Of a stretch of 64,000 bases of DNA, positions 58,619 to 64,000 are shown one piece after another. Source of the DNA: an uncultured virus (IMG/VR IMGVR_UViG_3300010355_000481) (taxonomy: Duplodnaviria > Heunggongvirae > Uroviricota > Caudoviricetes > Crassvirales). A program made the translations under genes and the position numbers. Where the stretch lies: the IMG/VR virus record IMGVR_UViG_3300010355_000481, one strand, 5' to 3'. Below the pieces are notes generated by a model. It worked only from the letters and a program-made list of their open reading frames with translations. It was not told the origin of the DNA and did no database searches. The stretch's first letter is position 1, and each line of letters starts with the position of its first letter.

Positions 58619-59653
58619 ATGATTTCATTCGCATTAGCACTGATTATATCAGTAGTATTAGCAGCATCGTTAGGATTATTTAAATTTAAACGTTGGTCTA
58701 TTTATCCCGAAAACGCTACCGTTACACAAGAGGAGTACGACAATAATCTACAATGGAAACGTGGTGGTTATGATGTCGGAGATCTTAAACCTAATACATC
58801 TCTTAGATTTAATTATAGTCACTTATTTAAAGCTATAGGTGTATTATTTTTATTCTTATTCTTGTGGGCAGTATCACCATTAGGCTTTCAACGTATCGAT
58901 GCCCGTAATATTGGATTACAAATTAGTCGTACAGGTAATGATAAAGGTATACCTAGAGTAACTCCAGTTAAAGGATTAGTATTTTATAATGCTTGGAATA
59001 ATGACGTAGAAGAAATATCTATAGGACAATTTCCCATTAAATACACTGAATTTGAAGTTCCAGCTTTAGGGGGAACACCTATACCTGTAGCTCCCGAAAT
59101 GAATCTAAGCCTTAAACCGGAAACATATGCTCAATTATATGTACATGTATTAAAAGGAGGAGATTTAAGTTCATTAAAGGATAGTTGGATTAGAACTAAT
59201 GTAATTAATGCTATGGTATATGCTACTAATAAATTTACGCCCGATAGTATATTTAACTACGCAGAAACTTATCGCAATGAAGTGTATACTCAATTATCTA
59301 AAACATTAGGATCATATTTTAACGTAGATCAAGTTAATGCAGGGCAACACCCTCCGAGAAGCATGAAAGAAGCATTACAAAAACAAGCAGATGCTGTATT
59401 AGCTACAAGACAAGCCCAATTAGATGAAACTCGTGAAATAGCTCAGAAAAATGCTAAAATAGCACAAGCACAAGGAGATTCAGCCAAAGTTGTAATTGAA
59501 GCTTCCGCAGCTGCAGAAGCAATACGTCTAAAAACAAAAGAATTATCTAGAGAATACGTTGAATATACTAAATGGATAACAGCATCCCCTGATGTACAGA
59601 GAGTATCTCAAACAGTATTAGGATCTGGAACGAATGTATTACTCAACAAGTAG
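58619..59653 (+). CDS. SPFH/Band 7 domain membrane protein
   Basis: TM helices; RIDARNIGL; C-terminal AQGD...AEAIRLK coiled coil. Confidence 0.8.
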   Translation: MISFALALIISVVLAASLGLFKFKRWSIYPENATVTQEEYDNNLQWKRGGYDVGDLKPNTSLRFNYSHLFKAIGVLFLFLFLWAVSPLGFQRIDARNIGLQISRTGNDKGIPRVTPVKGLVFYNAWNNDVEEISIGQFPIKYTEFEVPALGGTPIPVAPEMNLSLKPETYAQLYVHVLKGGDLSSLKDSWIRTNVINAMVYATNKFTPDSIFNYAETYRNEVYTQLSKTLGSYFNVDQVNAGQHPPRSMKEALQKQADAVLATRQAQLDETREIAQKNAKIAQAQGDSAKVVIEASAAAEAIRLKTKELSREYVEYTKWITASPDVQRVSQTVLGSGTNVLLNK

Positions 59654-59665
59654 TAACAATCTTGG

Positions 59666-59803
59666 TAGGTTATAGCTGAACTGGTTAGAGCATAGCTTCA
59701 AGTGAACGTTGACGATAGTGGTAAAAGACGACAATATCCTGTTCTGGTAGCTATCCAATCAGAAGTACAATGATTGGTGAGGGTTCGAATCCCTCTAACT
59801 TAA
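59666..59803 (+). ncRNA. tRNA-like RNA with enlarged anticodon loop
   Basis: Acceptor, D-arm, variable arm and GGGTTCGAATCCC T-arm present; about 46 extra nt in the anticodon loop. Confidence 0.65.
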
Positions 59804-59852
59804 CTATAACTCGGAGGCAATTGCTGATTGGTTATTTTTTCATCATGTTGGC

Positions 59853-59978
59853 TTTGGGCAGTGGCGAAATTGGTAAACGCACTGGTAAGTGAGTAATAGA
59901 GTAAGCGTAAAATAGCACTGCTCCGCGCTGGAAGCGTCACGACCGGCATATTGGGGGTTCGAATCCCTCCTCCTGAAC
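59853..59978 (+). ncRNA. tRNA-like RNA with branched domain replacing the anticodon loop
   Basis: TGGCGAAATTGGTAAACGC D-arm; CTGGT/ACCGG stem; T-arm. Confidence 0.65.
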
Positions 59979-60009
59979 TAATAATTAATCATTAAATAAT
60001 AAAAAAACT

Positions 60010-60303
60010 ATGTATAGACCAAGTTATATCGAACCTGATAATATGAAATTATTAGGTTTTGACCTGTTAAAAGACAAAGATGGATATCTTAAATACCAAA
60101 ATGACGGTACCAAACATTATAATCCAGATTATAATTCAGAATATCCAGAACCAAAAGGTAAAGTTCTTATATATGTAAACACTACATACACTAAAAATAC
60201 ATTTTATCTTAGTATACGTCAAGATGGCGATACCCGTAATTCTTACACTGGTATATGTCCGTCTGAAGAATTTTTTATCCAATTATTAAATAATATAAGG
60301 TAA
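60010..60303 (+). CDS. Hypothetical protein
   Basis: 97 aa. Confidence 0.6.
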   Translation: MYRPSYIEPDNMKLLGFDLLKDKDGYLKYQNDGTKHYNPDYNSEYPEPKGKVLIYVNTTYTKNTFYLSIRQDGDTRNSYTGICPSEEFFIQLLNNIR

Positions 60304-60499
60304 TGGAAAATATTCAAAATACTTTAAGGATAAGCATATTAAAACAATCTGATCGTAAAGCATGTGAAACTCTATTTAAAATGAGTGATACATATTATCG
60401 AGAAAAAATTAAAAGAATACTTAGATCTCACCATATACCAATTTTACAACGTCAAATCGTCAATAAAAATCATTATTAATTAAAAAACAAACAAACACA

Positions 60500-61069
60500 A
60501 TGTTTACAATTGTACGTCCTATAGCGACAAAATCAAAATCATCAGCAGAAACAATTGACTTACATTTAGTAAGCTTTTGTGAAGCAAATACTGATGTATT
60601 ACCTCTAAATACTCCATTAATGTCTAACATCGGAGTTGATAATATAATTAGTCACAATGGTTATTTAATACCAGTAATAAATTCATATTATCAAATATTT
60701 GCTTCGACAGATTCATCATTAGGAGTTCCTCCGCCATCTAATTCTTTTATGAAAAAATATGCACAAGATTATAGAGATATGGAAGAAGTTCTTTTATACT
60801 GGGAACAAAAAGATGGTAAATGGGTACCATTCGTACATCCACGTAAAGGGCATGTTATTATTAATAGTTTAGAAAAAGCACCTCAAGAAGGTCAAATGGT
60901 ATACTTCCCGTCAGATACTTTTAATGGATTTTTTCCTATTATTGAAACTATGAAAGTCGATAATCCAGAAGTAAACCTATTACATCAATATGGGGTAAAA
61001 TTTGTTAATCCTTCTGATTTTTTAGATTATCATGTATTATTACAAAATAGTAAATCATTCCATCCTTAA
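60500..61069 (+). CDS. Hypothetical protein
   Basis: 189 aa; IFASTDSSLGVP motif. Confidence 0.65.
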   Translation: MFTIVRPIATKSKSSAETIDLHLVSFCEANTDVLPLNTPLMSNIGVDNIISHNGYLIPVINSYYQIFASTDSSLGVPPPSNSFMKKYAQDYRDMEEVLLYWEQKDGKWVPFVHPRKGHVIINSLEKAPQEGQMVYFPSDTFNGFFPIIETMKVDNPEVNLLHQYGVKFVNPSDFLDYHVLLQNSKSFHP

Positions 61070-61604
61070 TGGTACAAGTACGTAATTTCATTGATCAAGC
61101 TTATGGTAGATTATATCAACCTAAATTTGATAAGTTAGATTACTATGCCTATCAAATATTAAAACAGGATCGATTCCTTATTCGTTTTCAAAGAACTATT
61201 ACTTATCATGCACAAACCCGAACCTAAATGGCCTACTATATTCTATATAATTCTTTTCTTGTTAATTTTAATATGGATATATGAAAAATCTTAATTACAA
61301 TATTTGGAATAATAAATTTTATACTGATATATCCGATGTCGATATAGATATTGATGACTATATTGATAGAAAATTATGGATGACAGTACTTCAATTAACT
61401 AGAGAAAATATTAGTCTCCCCGTATCCCAAAACTTAAAAAATGAAAAACATTAAACTTACTTTATGGGAGTATCATCCTCTTATACGTGAAAAAGTATCT
61501 ACAAATGTAGGTAATAAATTAGTTTGGGGGATGGATAATCCTGTTTTTCGTCAAATTAAAATTAACATTCATCTAGGTATATTTATAAACTTAAAAACAA
61601 TAAA

Positions 61605-62165
61605 ATGAAACAAACAATATTAGTATGTAGTGATATCTTGACTTCTCATCAAGTATATCATTTAGTAGAAACTTGTAAAAACAAGTTTGAAAGTATACCA
61701 TTAGAAATAACTTTATTTGATAAAGATGAACCGGTGTTCTTACTTATCCGTAAGGATGAAGAAGAAAAGTTTCATCTTGACGTAATGCCCACTTGTCGTA
61801 ATCATCGAGTACCATGGGTACATCCTGAGTATTTTTATACAAATTATGCAGGATTATTGCAATTTTTAGAAGGTATTGTATGGATAGGGGAACATAAAGG
61901 TAATTTCCCAGAAACTCCTAACTATATTGTATGTAAAGGATTAACTCAAAGCTATATTTATTCTCATTATCGCGATATCCCCATGGATAGAGCTGTAAAA
62001 GAAGAATTATGGAATGGGGTTGGATTATGCGATGGTTGGACTTTAGCTTATAACAATAAATACCGACAATTAACGTATGCAAAAGAATTTCCAGGAACTA
62101 CTCTTGAAATGGGTCCTGACGAATTCTATGCTTGTAATTTTACGAAAAAACTAATTATTTCGTAA
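61605..62165 (+). CDS. Hypothetical protein
   Basis: 186 aa. Confidence 0.65.
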   Translation: MKQTILVCSDILTSHQVYHLVETCKNKFESIPLEITLFDKDEPVFLLIRKDEEEKFHLDVMPTCRNHRVPWVHPEYFYTNYAGLLQFLEGIVWIGEHKGNFPETPNYIVCKGLTQSYIYSHYRDIPMDRAVKEELWNGVGLCDGWTLAYNNKYRQLTYAKEFPGTTLEMGPDEFYACNFTKKLIIS

Positions 62166-62257
62166 AAAACACAAACTTATTTTTAAATCGTTTTTAAGTG
62201 TAGCCTGGCGATAACATCAAAGGGCGGCACTTAATACATAAAACTCATAAACAAAAT

Positions 62258-62476
62258 ATGAAAAAACAACATTTATTTTGGCTATTTGGATGCCATTGGA
62301 AATTAGAATTTTATTGGTTTCTTATTCATCGTGGTATCGAACGCGAAATAGCAGCTCATATGGTCGATATTCATACTCAAGATGAATATTTAATGGAATA
62401 TTTAATGCATGTACCTATATGGGAATGGAAAGAGTATACTACGTCAGATAATTATAAAAAATATGTACAATTATGA
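62258..62476 (+). CDS. Hypothetical protein
   Basis: 72 aa, aromatic-rich. Confidence 0.55.
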   Translation: MKKQHLFWLFGCHWKLEFYWFLIHRGIEREIAAHMVDIHTQDEYLMEYLMHVPIWEWKEYTTSDNYKKYVQL

Positions 62477-63049
62477 TAATGTACCTTACATATTGTTATG
62501 AAGCGTATTATGAATACGCAAAATATATCGAAGATACTATATCTGCATTTTTAGCTCATAGCGCTATAAACCAATCTTGGGAAAAACCTACACGTTTCGT
62601 ATTAAGTAAAAGCAAATCTACATTCATGTTACGTTACATTAATCTTTTAAAACGATGATCAGCGTTGCAGGAACTAGCAATATTAAATTAAGCGATTTAA
62701 GGTTCAATCTTAGAAGTGATATGTATGAAAATGTACATATAATAGTAATTAATAACGCTATGAGTATACATTTTGATATAAAAACTTTAATTAACCCTAT
62801 ATTAGATGTAATATGGAACACATGAAAAACATTAAATGGGAAGTATCTAGAGAATTAATGGATAAAAGAATAGACTTTAGTACGGAAGTCAGAGAATCTA
62901 TAAACAACATAGAACATAGTATTATTACGGTTGGAATAAGAATATATCTTATGGATATTATTACTTTTATGCCTGAAGTAAATAAATGGAATTTTAAATA
63001 AAGTTTTTACTTTAATTTGGTGATTCCAAACACTAGGTGATCTAGGTCA

Positions 63050-63479
63050 ACAAAAAAGGTTATGTTTTTTAACATAAACCTTAATTGAAGACACTCTACC
63101 AACTCACCGGAGCCACTGAGGCTGTATATAGTCAAATAGTCCAAAACTACATACATTTAACTTTGCTTCCATGATATCTATAACACCTTGATTTTATCGC
63201 CTATTTATAGGCATGGGGAGGGGGATTTATAGGTTTATGTCACCATCTTCGGTTGTCTTATCCATCCTTCGAGATAATTTACCCGGTAAGACTACATTCT
63301 GCTTATTTTCTTCGCCAGAATTGCGCCAGACCACTTCCTAATGTGTTAAACACAAAAAAGCCAGGCATTACACCTGGCTCTTATGTTTTCCAGGTGGAGA
63401 GACTCACCTGAAAATATCGTCGAAGAAAAACTCTTACTATATTAACTGTAAGAGTCTCTCTTTCTTACAATCAAAGGTA
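63050..63479 (-). ncRNA. Candidate antisense-oriented structured ncRNA locus
   Basis: TTTG-N19-TACCTTTG promoter (-7 box 63472-63479); several hairpins; two terminator-like structures; no ORF in the track. Confidence 0.45.
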
Positions 63480-64000
63480 AGACAACTTTTAATAACAACA
63501 AAATTTATTTAACTTAAAACAAAAAAAAGATGAAAAAACAACTCAAAAAATCGGCAGTACAAACAAACATTGAGTACGAACAGTACTTGTATTAATTAAC
63601 CCATATTCCCCGGCGATAATATCAATGGGGATATAATTTTCAAAAAATGAAACAATTAAGGTATACAATATACACAACAAAAGCTAATGCTATTATACGT
63701 AGTGGTTTAGGTAACGGTTTCCATGAAAGACAAGTTTTTTATCATTATAAAAAAAGAAACAGGAGTTAGTAATATATTTTCACTTATGAGAACTATTTTA
63801 TTTAATGAATTCTCAAAAAAGACAACTACGTATAAACACGAATTTACGTTACAAACCAAACCTCAAGTAAAAATAGTACTATGAAACAAACAAAAATCCA
63901 TATAGAATTACTTAAACTTGTACGAATTGTTTATGATTTTACTCAAGTAAGTTTTAAGATTAAATTATTAGCTTTTCAACAAGATAGTTCTTTACTTATT

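Noticed and set aside
59666..59978. tmRNA
   Set aside because: Two separate units, each with its own D-arm and T-arm; no tag reading frame recognised.
1..64000. Stop-codon reassignment seen in some crAss-like phages
   Set aside because: Long genes are intact in the standard code, TAG and TGA end genes, and no suppressor tRNA was found.

Overview
This window is 64 kb of an AT-rich podovirus genome with Crassvirales-like (crAss-like) architecture. The host is probably a Bacteroidota species, judged from TAnnTTTG promoters and the absence of Shine-Dalgarno sites. It uses the standard genetic code and has one 60-N gap at 12701-12760. From about 50.4 kb leftwards the minus strand carries the late module: GroES-like, HU/IHF-like, DUF1573, ClpP-like, thioredoxin, PD-(D/E)XK nuclease, a Tad1-like anti-defence sponge, terminase, portal, scaffold, major capsid, Cys-rich fibre proteins, ring and muzzle tail proteins, and cargo proteins. 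From about 50.9 kb rightwards the plus strand carries an early/accessory region packed with micro-ORFs. The main discovery is at 22.3-26.0 kb, where 24 tRNA genes covering all 20 amino acids form three operons. Each operon is preceded by a host-type promoter, a short leader-peptide ORF, an antiterminator and an intrinsic terminator. The sensing codons of each leader match the amino acids of the tRNAs downstream (L/S/Y; M/I/N/G/R/V/A/D/E/K; R/T/H/C/P/Q/W/F), even at isoacceptor level. This looks like ribosome-stalling attenuation that switches on phage tRNA supply when host tRNAs are depleted or cleaved. Other findings include an HNH cassette that splits tRNA-Leu while carrying a replacement copy, two tRNA-like RNAs with large anticodon-loop inserts, a probable -1 frameshift, a repeated hairpin-loop motif and an expanded micro-protein family. 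Protein calls come from motif recognition and gene order, not database searches.
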